Of a DNA stretch of 64,000 bases, positions 50,226-62,990 are shown one piece after another. This DNA comes from Octopus vulgaris (taxonomy: Eukaryota). The stretch covers positions 161,758,001 to 161,822,000 of the forward strand of contig OX597814.1 of NCBI GenBank assembly GCA_951406725.2. Direction: 5' to 3'. Position numbers and translations under genes: made by a program. Each line of letters starts with the position of its first letter. Within the stretch, counting starts at the first letter, position 1. A model generated the notes under the pieces. The model was given only the letters and a program-made list of their open reading frames with translations. It made no database searches and was not told the DNA's origin.

Positions 50226-50952
50226 GTGTATGTGTTTCAGTAAATACATGATGTAGTTAAAGTTTTATTTGCTTTTTGGTTCAGACTTTATGTGTTTTGT
50301 TCAGCTAGTTCCTAAATACATATTTAATGTCTCATTTTCTAGAACTGAATAGACTTTGCATCTATGTTTTTTTTTTCTTTTATACCGTTTAACTTCATAC
50401 AGACTTTTCTGCCAAAGGCTTTTTAACCATTATACAACAGCAGTCTCATGTTGATGTTAATTTGTTTTGTTGTGGCCAAAGTTTTGGCTATTAGGTTTTC
50501 ATGATAGTAATCATATGTTAATTTTGTAGGTCTGTGTGTTGTTTGCATATTTATTTTACCATTGTATTGTGATTATAAATACTGCTTACTTCCATGATTA
50601 GTCTTCTTGGAAATGAGGCTATAAAGGTCTGGAAATGTTGAATATGAATTTAGGAACTTTATTGTTCCAAACTAACTGTAAAAACATTATTACAAAATTA
50701 CAAAGAAAAACTGAAATAAAAAAAGATGAAACTTGAACTCAGTCATGTATTTAAAGAAACACATATAATAGAAAAGCAGCATCCCATACATATATATATC
50801 ATCATCATCATTGTTCTAATTTCCACTCTTCCATGTTCATGGACAGAATTTGTTGGGGCAGATTTTTAAAGCCAGAAGTCCTTCCTATCACCCACCCTCA
50901 CCTATTACCAAATATGCTAATATTGTCAAGAAAAGGATACACTAACACACAA

Positions 50953-50993
<41 letters not shown>

Positions 50994-51126
50994 AGTTCAG
51001 TAAAAATTTAGATTCAGTTGAATATGGTACTTAAGTTAAAGGCACCAGAATTTGGTATGGTATAATCCATATAATTCAAAATGGGGTGATTATAATCAAA
51101 ATAAGCAACAAGGATATCCAGAGGTA

Positions 51127-51216
51127 ATGCAGTACGATCGTTTCATGCAACTCCATTTAATTGAACAATGCAAGTATTACATCAGTTTTAAAATGTAGAG
51201 CAATCTTCAGCTGCAT
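51127..51216 (-). ncRNA. Type I hammerhead motif in a Penelope-like element (~50993-51593)
   Basis: Minus strand: ATGCAG-CTGAAGA-tTGC…GCAt-GAA-ACGATCGT-A-CTGCAT. Perfect 6-bp helix I, perfect palindromic helix III, GUA site; the first helix II pair is U-U. Confidence 0.75.
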
Positions 51217-51509
51217 AAAAATATAGAATTTAGTTAAATTTAAAAGATTAATTTTTATAGTCATTCCATTAACCAAAATCACAAAGAGGGTAAGTAGGTA
51301 GACAGAGAACAAGTTTCATCAGCAATATCATAGTAGTAACTGATATTTTTTTCATGAAGACACTGCTTATCATTGATTTTACTTTGTTATTTAGATTTAC
51401 TACTGGGGGGAGGGGGTTTAAGGTCTAGTGGAAAACAAGAATCTATCTTTTATCGATAGAGAAAAAGACAGTTTAAGTGGCAGAGCCATAAATCAAGATC
51501 CCTTTGAAG

Positions 51510-51593
51510 TAGAAACCATTTGGATCCAGTAGAATATATTTCAGCCAAAATATTTTGGCTGAAATATATTCTACTGGACCCAAATGGTTTCTA
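51510..51593. repeat. 84-bp spacerless palindrome
   Basis: tagaaaccatttggatccagtagaatatatttcagccaaaat|attttggctgaaatatattctactggacccaaatggtttcta; 42-bp arms with one mismatch. Confidence 0.95.
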
Positions 51594-53757
51594 TATATAT
51601 ATATATATTATATATATATATATAACAATGGGTTCATTGTATCTAGCAAATCCACTCATAAAATTTTGATTATCCTGGGCTATAATAGAGGAAACTTGCC
51701 CAATATGCAATGCAGTAGGACTGAACCTGGAACTGTGTAGTTGGGAAGCAAACTTACTACACAGCTACGCCTGTACCTTCTTTACACACACACACACACA
51801 CACACAAAATCTATATTCTATATATAAAGTAAGTGGTGTGTGTTTCATAACACATTGTACTATTGAAAAAACCAATGCAAAGTTTGTCTGACAAAATTTG
51901 AACAACCCATCATTTTATTGTTTAGCTAGTACTTCAATTATTTGGTCAGCTCTGTTTCCCATACTTTATTCCACACAGCTAAATATTTTACCATCATTCT
52001 GTTACTAATTTAACTCAATAATTCTACATTTTTCTGTTTCACAAGGTCAGGATCTCATTAGTTAGGCCAAACCACTTCTCTATATTTAAAAAGGTTGAAA
52101 AGTTTAAAAAAGAAGATGCACAAGTTGCTACGAATATGGCTTAAAATAAGATTTAGCATAATCATTCTATACAGGTCATTGAACGAAATCTGTGATTTTA
52201 GTAACAGTTAAAATATTTCATTATCAGTTAACAGATCTGAAGGCTTGTAATTTCTAAATTACAAAATATAAAAAAACTTCACTTCCTTGACCAATGCATG
52301 CTTTGATTTAACAAGAATCTTTCAATCTTTCATGTTAATGACTATTATTTTCTTAGTTCTTCAATTACACCATACACAGATGCTTATTGTGATAAATACC
52401 ATTTAGTTCAATAGCCCACCAAGATTCATCAAATGAAAGAGAAGATAGATAAAAGCTCTTAATATTTATTTCAAGATGACAAATTGGAGAAAAACATTTC
52501 AGTTCATTGTTTATTCATCAAAGATAAGTCATTTTCTAAGAGATATGCCTATTCTCTTGTATTAAGGACAGACTTAACACAGACAGCTATCATAACTATT
52601 TGCATTCTGATTACCATAACTATTATGCCTTTTATCATAACTGTCTTCATTTCATCTTATCAATAACTATGATTATATGAATAATAATTTCAAAAATCAA
52701 CATAACAATAATTATAACTCCTAATACTAATCATAACATGACTCTGAAGAAAGCTGTTTATGACCTGCCTCTATTGCTAATTCATCTCCCTTTAGTCTCT
52801 TCAATTTTGCCAATAATCCTTATACCTCATCTGTTGTGCTTAACTGTTCTAGTTTCTTTCTTCCTCCACACCTCTTTCTTTCTCCTATATGCACTCTCTT
52901 TCTCACTGACACAAACACATATACATACACACACATTTCTTCTGTAACAATGCCAATGATCAACTGATATTGTCACATACAATACTGATCATTCCCGCTA
53001 AAAATATCCAACTACTAATGTTTGTTGGAAACGATAAACTGCTGCATGTCACGCAACCATTGTTCAAATAACGTACACAGAAAGAAAAACATTTTGATAA
53101 ACATTATTGAATTTATTTGATTCAAATAGTCAGAAAGTGCACGGTGAAAATATCAATAAAAACTCAGCAAGTGGAAACTGATGACTGCTGAAAGAAACTT
53201 GACTTCCGAGATTGAGTCAAAACTGATTCACAATTTGAAGGCATCACTAACAACATCTTAATGGCTTTTAATTGCACTGTTTCAAATTACACTCACAGTA
53301 ATAATTTTTACAAAAATCTTTACAGATAATCATTAGAAAAATGAAAGGGAAAAAACTTTAAAAAAAAACAAAAACAAATTACTAATAAGTAGAAAAAGGA
53401 AAAGAAATAGGGCTGATCAAAATAAAGATAAAAAGCATTGATTCTTTATAGGGATTAATTCTAATTACACTCTTAAGATAATTTCAATGAGTATATGAAA
53501 CAGTCAATAAGGAAAACATTTATAGAAAATGTTCAAGAAATTAGGTCTGCAATTAAGTTTCCTAAATGGGAAAACAATTCCTAACAAATAAAACATAAAA
53601 ACAATTACAACAGTCTGACATGAAAAGTATCTAATTTATTGACCAAACATAGCAGATATCACGATATTAAGATCTGACCTAGTGCAACAGCTGGAATCCA
53701 AGGACATAAATATATTCATATTAACTTATCACTGACACTTGCTTTGAATTAGTATGA

Positions 53758-53789
<32 letters not shown>

Positions 53790-56056
53790 ATTTCAATTCC
53801 TGCACAAAACTATAAATCTCAATAGGGCAAGTAAAATAAATTTTTATTAACTCAGGAAAGATGAAAGGTAAAGGTGACCTTAGCTGAATCTGAACTCAAA
53901 ATGAAGAGAGACAAAATTTTAGTTTAGTTCAGCTGATGTCATTCTTCACTCTGTAGTATCCAATTTAGATACCTCATGCCAGGCTTTGTACGGCTTTCAA
54001 TAGCAGAGACCTTTGAAAATGTTCTTCAATTGAAATAAAACAACCTAATCCCCATCAACAGCAGAAAGTAAGATACAACTGATAAATATATTAACAACAT
54101 CCTCTCTACTCATACAAAATTAAAACCCTCAAATACTTTAGAAATGCTTGATCTCATAATGTTTATATCGATCTCTTCTAGCAACCACAAGTACACAGCA
54201 TTGTCAAAACCGCATTCCAAAGGCCAGGACTCTTCTTTAAAGCCAGAGAGTAATCCAGTCCTTATTAATTACGGATCTTACATGAAACTCAAATGTGATC
54301 CATATTTCAATACAACACATTTTTATGGAACAGTGCTGCTCCAACACATAAATATCTTAGACTCTAACAAAAACAAAAAAATCCATCAAACTGATTGGCA
54401 AAGATTATCATAACTATTAAGACAAAGTTATCATACAGCCAATTTGTGATATTTTAGAAGTCCCTACTGACAAAAGTAGTGCATGTCCAATGTAGGATGT
54501 TTTAAGTTGCATATAGAAGTAACCTGTGACAGAAGATTAAGGGAAAAGGGAAAAGGATATGGTATCGTCAGTATAAGAGACAGTGTATATGTGTGTGTGC
54601 GCGTGTGTATGTGTGCATACATATGTGTGTCTAGATAGAAGCAAGATCATTTAATGTACATGTGGTAGTGTCTTGAAAGCATATCTAAATACTAAAGAAC
54701 AGTCAAGTTAAAAGAATAGGTATTGGAGAAGGTCCTCCTCTGTATATGCTGTAAATGCTGACTGTCAAGGAATTTCTGAGAGACAGAGACCATAATTGGG
54801 GAACTTAGAGGTTTCTCTTATCAGACAGTCAAACATTTATGATGTTAACATTACTTTCCCCAGTGTTCTGAAGGGTGAGAGACCTTCATTAGTGATGGCA
54901 TAGGAAAGTTTCTTTCCAGTAGATTTGGTACTACAGAAATAGTCATAGTGGTCACTAAAATAGGGAGAAGGCTTAAGTTGAAGAGATGAAGGAAATATTT
55001 ATGACTGTGTCCATTACTTTCGGGATGTTAAAATGAATTAATATCATTGAACCCTAGATTGACTCAAACTAAGCAAATCTATGATCAAACATATTCTAGT
55101 TATGTCTATCCCATATTCGTTTTTCAGTCTGTGGGTCACATTGTCTAATGTGTTGTTCCATTTTTAAGATAGAAAGGTATAATTTTAGGAAGATTTGTCT
55201 GTTATTTCAGGGAAATCAAATGACCAAATAGAGGCTCCTTCATTGATCCACACATGTGATAAGGTGGCAGGTGGCAGTTGGTAGATTTGGAGAAACTGTT
55301 CCTCTTGGGAATGGACTCACTGCAAAGAATTTCAATAGATTGAGATAACCCTTTGGAGAAAGATTGAGCTGATTAGCAACCTTCGATATGTCTCCTCAGT
55401 CTCCATGCAAAATTATTTGTTTTTGTCTTCTTTAATAATCTCAAATACTTGCTCCCAAAAGCAATCTTCAATAAATGAGCTAATCTTTCCTTCTAAATAT
55501 TTGCCCTGTATTCCAATTAGCAATGATTGATGAAAATGCACACCAATCTCATATTGCAGAAAATAAAACAAACATCTTCTGGCTACATTGAAATGTACCT
55601 AAAACAACTGAGACTGGCTCCTCAAAATGGCTGTAGTAAACTTAAAAGAAAATAACTTTGATAGCTCAAGAATGCCAGTCATAGAATTTATAAGTGATAT
55701 TGATTGAATATATAATTCCACTAATGTTTATATGGAGAGCAATAAAAAAAAATGTATGTTTGTTATTAAGAAACATTTGCAAACAACAACAATAACAATT
55801 TCTTTGTTTTGCCATAAGGACAACAAATAGTATATGGACAAGAAACAATATAATATAATACAATTGGTACAATAGAATACTATCAATTAAGCAAATATAC
55901 AATGAGGTATTTCATCCATCTCATTGTATATATTCTTTGTTTTATTTTCTCTGTTTTATATCTTAATCTATTCAATGTCCATATTTTAGTTCAAAAATTT
56001 AGAAATGTGTTTTGAAGAACTCATCCCCTGCTCCCACACACACACCTCTTACATGT

Positions 56057-56476
56057 CATCATCACCACCATCACCATCACCACCACCACCACCATCACCA
56101 TCACCATCACCACCATCACCATCACCATCATCATCATCATCATCATCATCATTATTTTGCTTCCTAACTGCATCTCATCTAAGCTAATTTTCTTTCCCAT
56201 TAGCTCTGCTATAACTCTTTCTGTTATGTTCATAACATGGTCCATCAGCTTGAAACCTCTGTTGTTATTTCTTTCTAGAGCATCACCTCTGCCCTTGAAG
56301 CAGTTGATGATAATGCTTTTATACCAGGTATTGGGAATGAATTCTTCTTCTATTATGTAACTGACTGGTGCTGATTCATACTGATGCATACTACTTTGTA
56401 ATATGGAACATCTTGCAGTTCTAATACTACCATGGCAGAACACTGAACCCTTCTTCCATTCTTTAGAGAGTGACAT
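56057..56476 (-). pseudogene. RTE RT N-terminal fragment abutting a (CAT/CAC)n tract
   Basis: IPNTWYKSIIINCFKGRGDALERNNNRGFKLMDHVMNITERVI…LDEMQLG in ORF 56021-56476. Confidence 0.75.
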
Positions 56477-57619
56477 TTAGAATTTATGTCTGTCTGTCCC
56501 TTTCTCTCTCTCTCTCTCCCCCTCTCTCTCTCTCTCTCTCACTCACTACCTCACCATTCCACCATGTCACTTCATGTGATTAGAAATTTGCTTCAGCCAT
56601 AGATCTGTTTTGTGGTTCACAACCAGTAGGCTTGTAGAAACTTCAAAGTTTTTATATCTTTATCTCCTCCTCCTTTTCAATAAACACATTATCTAGTACT
56701 TCTTTGAACCTACATTTAGCAGTGATATCTTTCAGCTTCTACACCTTTCTTTCCCAGACTGTCTTGTAACTCTTGTTCCTTCTAACTTTTACCTGATGTC
56801 TCTAATTAATGATAACTTTTGTATAGTTGTGCATTCTTCACTAGATGAAGACTTTAGTATTCACAACTATCTGCTTATGTCATTTCCTGATAAATATATT
56901 GGGCCTGTGTATTAACTTGAGTGATAGATAATCAAATAACTAGCCTGTTTCCTCAAGTGAATGTAGCAAATGGTTAGCTCATTTACATTACACCTTATAA
57001 CATACCATAGCTTCCATGTACACTGGAACAACCATTATAGCTAGGATAATGAGGAGACTGTTGTCTGTTATTGAAAAAGGCTGCAAAGAGGGCCAGTTAG
57101 TCAGGCTTGATTGTGGTGCAAATGCAGAGACCACTGTTTCTGTTGTGTTATCTGTGACTAGTCATTGCTAAATTATTCAGTCACATACATTCATTACTTT
57201 ATCCATTTCTCTACCAACAATATTTGTGTTATCCATTTTGAAAGAAAATAAAATGTATAAGGAAAAAGTTAGAAGGGTTCTCAAAAACTTATTACTAAAC
57301 CATTTGCTCTCTTGTGACAGCACATTACCAAAATGAATAAATAAGTGATTTGAAATAGATTATAACTATAAGAGTACTGTTTTGATTTCTTAACAGCATT
57401 ATTAAAAACTTTTCGCTTATTAAGCTACGATTGTTGAAAAGAAGATACTTCCCATTAATAAAAAAACAATGCTTATTTCAAGCTTAAAATAGGAACAGGT
57501 ACTTAGAATTTGATATACACAAAAAAAAAAAAAAAAAATTAAGCAATACAAAACTTATTGCCAGAAACAAATGAGATAGTACCCAGTGAAAATCTAAATA
57601 AGGGGTTGGATTTTGTGAC

Positions 57620-58350
57620 TCATGTCTAGCAAATAAAATAGGAAAAAGTATAAATGGACACAAGTCATTATTATACATTATTTTACAGCAAGACTCTACA
57701 CAAAATATGACACTACCCAAACATACACATCAAATAAGAGGGAAGAAAATAATCTTGACATAAAATTTACTATGGATCCCAGAAGACCATAAGAACATAT
57801 TCTCAACACCAGAAAGATATAAAGCATAGTAATGGAACTTTTAAAATAAAGAATACATTATAAAAGTATAAAAATATAACAAAAACAAGAGGATAAAACA
57901 AACAACAGAGACACAAACAACAAAAATAAAAATATTCAAGTTGAAAACATTAAGAACATAAACCACACAGAACTAGCTCTTGCAAATAAATAGATAAATA
58001 AATAAATAAATATATGAACACAACAAAATCAAACTGAAGCATATCTGCAGAATACTGATCAACATAAGCCAAAAGTAGAACAACACAAACAATAATATAA
58101 ATATTAGAAAGATTTGAGAACAGAAAATACGAAAGATGTAAATTCTGAAAATGACAATATTCCAAAGGTGGAAATAGTTTAGTTAAAGAAATAAAATCAA
58201 TAAATCTTCCTATGGACCAATAAAAGACAAGGTGAAAAATACAACTTAATGATAAAACAGCAACAGCAATAAAAAAAGCTAAACTGGCCATCAGATGCAA
58301 ACATTACCCTCATTTTAAGCTATTTGTATGCATCAGCTACAATAGTAATA
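57620..58350 (+). pseudogene. Probable Dong/R4 LINE N-terminal remnant
   Basis: RKKYKWT…IHYFTARL…TY resembles the R4/Dong N-terminal KWT…YY.A motif; A-rich and highly decayed. Confidence 0.4.
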
Positions 58351-58429
58351 CAGTAAAGTAAGTACTACCTCAAATCTACTCATATAGGTGCAGACATAAC
58401 TGTGTGGTTAAGAAGTTTTACTTTGCAAC

Positions 58430-58648
58430 TATGAGGGGATGCTGAAAAGCTTCTGGCTTTAGGTAAAAGAAAATACAGAAGGATCAGCTAATTATGATTT
58501 TATTCAACATATTCCCCTCTCAGATTCACACACTTGTTGCAGTGGTCCTTCGGGTTTTCTAAGCCTTGTAAAACAACTCAGAAGGTTGGGTCTCCAGCCA
58601 GGCCTTTTGTGATACCCTTAAAACCATGAACTTTTCAGTACCTCAGTA
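58430..58648. mobile_element. Mariner-type MITE inserted in a family B SINE head
   Basis: TA|tgaggggatgctgaaaagcttctggcttta … taaaaccatgaacttttcagtacctcag|TA; the SINE head resumes on both sides. Confidence 0.75.
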
Positions 58649-58729
58649 TATGTTGTTCCAGGTTCAACATCACAACATAATACCTAAGATAAGTATCTTG
58701 GGTTGACCAACAACTGAGAGTATGGAATT

Positions 58730-59292
58730 TGGTGAACAGGCATCTCAGCAGATTGAATCATTTGTCACTACAACTAAAAGGGGTATGTCAAGGTTGTTGA
58801 AATGTAAAGAGGATATTGTTTGTTTTTTTCAAGTGAAGTGTGTTATTCAAGATTATCAATAAAGAGTTTTACCTGGCTGTCCTAAGACATTTGAGAGAAG
58901 TAATGTGAAGAAAAATCCCCAGGGTTAAAACTTAAGAAAACATCAATGGTGCACCGTGACAATGTTGTTGTTCAATATTACCCCTTATCTGTAACTTTTT
59001 TGACAAAGTTTAAAACAGCTCTCATCTCATTGCTACCCTCCTCTCTGAATTTGGTCCAAAATTCATTGTGAAAGATGTTTGATTTCAGACAATAGAAGAG
59101 ATAAAAAAATATTTTCTATGACAACTGCACTACCTCTGAAAATTCATTCCAGAACAAATTCCAAAACTGGAAAAAGTGTTGGAAGTAGTGTATCAACAGT
59201 GGAGGGGACTATTTTGAGGATGGTCTGATTAAATCTTATGTAAAGCAGTAAATTTGCTTTTTAAAATGTCTGGTTTCTTTTAGACAAATTAC
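58730..59292 (+). pseudogene. Decayed mariner transposase C-terminus
   Basis: INKEFYLAVLRHLRE…HRDN…FQTIEEIK…FQNWKKCWK*CINSGGDYFED. Confidence 0.8.
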
Positions 59293-59424
59293 CATTGTTT
59301 TATTACCAAATTTTAATGCATATAACGGTTGAATAGGTTTTTTCTAGCATAGCATTTTGCCTCCTGCTGTCATCCTTTGTAATCTTCATGAAGTTTACCC
59401 AACAAATGTAAATAAATATAAGTC

Positions 59425-61130
59425 AAAATAGAACTTATGATGTGTATACCAGTCAATATGTCAGTTTTAACAGATAACAATGTATTACTAAAAGAAATGA
59501 AGAAACTATCTTAAATCTGGAAACAGAGATAACCAGAATGTGGAGATTGGAAACAAGAACAATCCACTATCATAATAATGATAAAAAATGATGACATAAC
59601 CAAAATACTGGGAACAACATAGTGAAAACAACACTACAAAGCACTTTCAAACCTCTGTCTGTCATTAACAGCTATAAATGAAGGTCCTAGTTGTATGTCA
59701 CACCAGAACAGCATTGTTTGTGGCTGAACAGTCAGATGTGTGAAAGGCAATCTCAGCCACACAAGCTGCATTTGTGGGCTATCCTGGTGCTGTCAGTTCT
59801 ATCTCTCCAGTATAGGGTGTTTGGTAAGATCCAAGCCTGGACAGTATAGGGAACAGGTTGTCACCCACACAGTGTGTCCCCACTGTCCACATCATTGATG
59901 GATCCAAAGAAACGGCGTAGCTATTATAATTTGGCACCAACATCATCACAGGAGTTGCCAGAATTAAGTTGTGAACAATGTCAAACTGCCTCAGGGGCTC
60001 TGGTTTCTGATTTATCCTCAAGGTTTACTCCAAAAACCTATGCCATGGCTGGGTATGGCTGCAAGGCAACAGAGGTTTGGAATCAGGGTTCTCCTTCCCC
60101 AAGATGGGCTACTCCCTATCCAAGTTTATGAGGGCCATCTGCCTGACTAAGCATTGCATACATTCTAAGTAGAGCACTTTCAATGCAATACAGATTTTTA
60201 AAAAATACTGAGATATGTAAATATGAACAACATACAAAAAACAGTACTACTAAGCATTTTCAAGCCTCTTGTCTGTCATTAATGAGTATGGATGAAGGCC
60301 CTAGTTGTCTGCTGCACTGGAACAGTATTGCCTGTGGCTGAACCTAAGGTTATTACAAAGCTCATTTAACTGTGTTGTGAAAGCATGCAATAAAACCAAG
60401 ACTAATGAAACAACAGTAATAAAAGTAACAATGGTTAACATCAAGCTCAAATGAGGCAATCAATGCAAAGAAACAAGTGACTGCACCATTTCTATATGTT
60501 TCATTTTAGCATAGTCAGAATATATACACAGATGCAATTAAGGCAGTAGCAACAACTACTGGGTAATGCTGAAGTTCTGACATTAGAAAATGAAGAAGTA
60601 GTATAAGTATGAACTAAACATAGTATATGACAAATGATATGGTGACAATAACCCTAGGACATGACTGCTCAGACTAACAAAGAGACCAGAGTAAATTATC
60701 CAAAAAACAAAAACAAAAAAAGCATAGCAGTGCCTATAGCTTTACGCAGTGTCCAAAAACTAGCTCTTCTGACAAAATCCTTGTTCTAAGCAAAGCATGT
60801 TCAATTCCAGCTGTACATTTTCTGCACACACATATATTAGTTGATATGTCCAACATATCAGTGTCAGGTAATAATACAATGCAACCAACACAGTATATAC
60901 TCGACACAATTAATGACCAACACTGTAATACAGGACAACTCACAACATATATGAAATGATTTCACTAATCAGCAAAACATAACCCACACCATACATATTC
61001 AAAAGAACACATGAAACACAAAGTTACACCAGTAACAACAAAACAAGTGAACCAGGTGAAGTATACAAACATAATTCTAAACTCCTAAAAGACAATACAG
61101 CACAATCTGGACACATTGGGTAATGCAGTT
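59425..61130 (+). pseudogene. Dong/R4 LINE C-terminal (RLE) remnants, partly duplicated
   Basis: DNNVLLKEMKK…LETEITRMWRLETRT (~59470-59565) and SEYIHR…NDMVTI…QTNKETRVNYP (~60510-60705); 59605-59730 resembles 60206-60342. Confidence 0.55.
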
Positions 61131-61139
61131 CACTACATT

Positions 61140-61548
61140 ATCATCATCATCATCATCATTTAACGCCCGCTTTCCATGCTAGCATGGGTTGGACGATTTT
61201 GACTGAGGGCTGGTGAACCAGATGGCTGCACCAGGCTCCAATCTTGATCTGGCAGAGTTTCTACAGCTGGATGCCCTTCCTAACGCCAACCACTCCAAGA
61301 GTGTAGTGGGTGCTTTTTACGTGCCACCGGCACAGGGGCCAGTTAGGCGATACTGGCAATAGCCTTGCTCGAATCTTTTTACACATGCCACCGGCACAGG
61401 TGCCAGTAAGGCGACATTGGTAATGATCATCCTCGAATGGTGCTCTTTTAGGTGCCACAGCACAGGAGCCAGTCAGGTGGTACTGGCAATGACCTCGCTG
61501 AAATCTTTTTACACATGCTACCGGCACAGGTGCCAGTAAGGCATGGCA
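61140..61548 (-). mobile_element. RTE LINE 3' end
   Basis: (ATC)n tttaacgcccgctttccatgctagcatgggttggacg… plus four hairpin modules. Confidence 0.85.
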
Positions 61549-62366
61549 TATGGAAAACAAAAATAGATGGGACAGTCATGACTATAATGTTTCTGATCAT
61601 ATGTCTGTTTGATTGGGACTGATCTGGGGTTTAAGCAACACATGTTTGTCGTGGTGTTGTATTTTAGCAAAACACCAAAATATTTAAGGAAATGCTTGAT
61701 ACAAAACAACATACAACCTGGATAGAAATTGGAATTGCTTGTCATGGATATAAAAAAGTGTAACACCTGGAGGGAGATAGAATTATTTTGTTAGAAACAT
61801 GAGGGCGCACCTGCATGAAACCATTTTGGAACATAATTACTGAAAACATTCCTTAAGATAAATGAGATAAAAATGAAAATAACAAGCAGAATATAATAAA
61901 AAAAAAATAACAACTCTCATTGTCTTTATAGGTATTAGTAATTAAATGAGCAACTAAAATGTATGGCAAATAACTTCAGGAAAACATTTCCAAACATGCC
62001 ACTCTGAAAAACAATATTCAATAAAGTTGTAAATAATAATGTTTTGCTCCCCATCTTCAGAAGATTCTATTTATTTACAATTATATGTAATTATACATAA
62101 TAATATTTTACATATAAATTTTATCTGAGCCAGTGAAGGGGACCTCTACATGGCTGCTTAATCTGGTAGAAATAGTAGCAAATTCTTCATGTTACATCCT
62201 ACCATCTTAAAAAGATGGATAAATAAGTTACATTGGATAAATAAGTTCACAATATAGAAGAAAAAAACTCCAGACAAGACGATCATGGCTGGAATGTCTT
62301 TGATCATATGTCTGCTTGATTTGAATTGAGCTAGGGCTAAGCAATATATATTTATTAGTATTATAT

Positions 62367-62594
62367 TTAACCTTTTTGTTACCTACCCAGCTGAAACTGG
62401 CTCTGGCTCTGAGTACAAATGTCTTGCTTTCTTAAGTTTTGAATTAAAATCTTCCACCAAACTTTAGTCACAATTTATGTTCCTAACACTAGCTGGATGA
62501 TAACTAAATTATTGTACTAAATTCTTTGTTATATTTAAAGTAATTGAAAGAAATACAGAGTATCTCAAAATAAATACAGTAACGAAAGAGTTAA
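62367..62594. mobile_element. piggyBac-type MITE (same family as 42383-42608)
   Basis: TTAA-flanked and collinear with the 42383 copy over its full length. Confidence 0.85.
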
Positions 62595-62639
62595 GCAAAA
62601 TGCCAAAATGCTTTTGGAAATGTTTGAAACACATAATAA

Positions 62640-62990
62640 ACCACCTGAATGGAATTAATTGCTTGCCAAGGAGGACATGAAGGACCAAAACAACTGGAAG
62701 GATGTAGTAGTACTTTCAACAGCTAATGAAAGATTTTCCAATATCTTGTTCACTAACGTGAATTTAGAGACTTATGCATCCAATGGATTTAAATTGACTG
62801 ATCTTACATTGATTAAATACTCATCAGAAGAAGAAGAATCAAACAGCAGCATGTCTAAGTCCTAGATAATCACTTAAGTGGATTTCAAAGCAACATTTGA
62901 TGTTCATCATGAGGCCATTAGGAAAATTTATGAAACTGTCAGCATCCCACCTGTGTATCTGAAGACAATCAGTGAATTTTACTAAGACAT
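62640..62990 (+). pseudogene. Old LINE RT remnant
   Basis: …VDFKATFD… (cf. F.DF.KAFD) with flanking RT-like residues; heavily decayed. Confidence 0.4.

Noticed and set aside
59740-60150. Possible HDV-like ribozyme in RTE-5'UTR-like sequence (also ~10840-11110)
   Set aside because: I could not assemble a nested double pseudoknot by eye; it needs a descriptor search.
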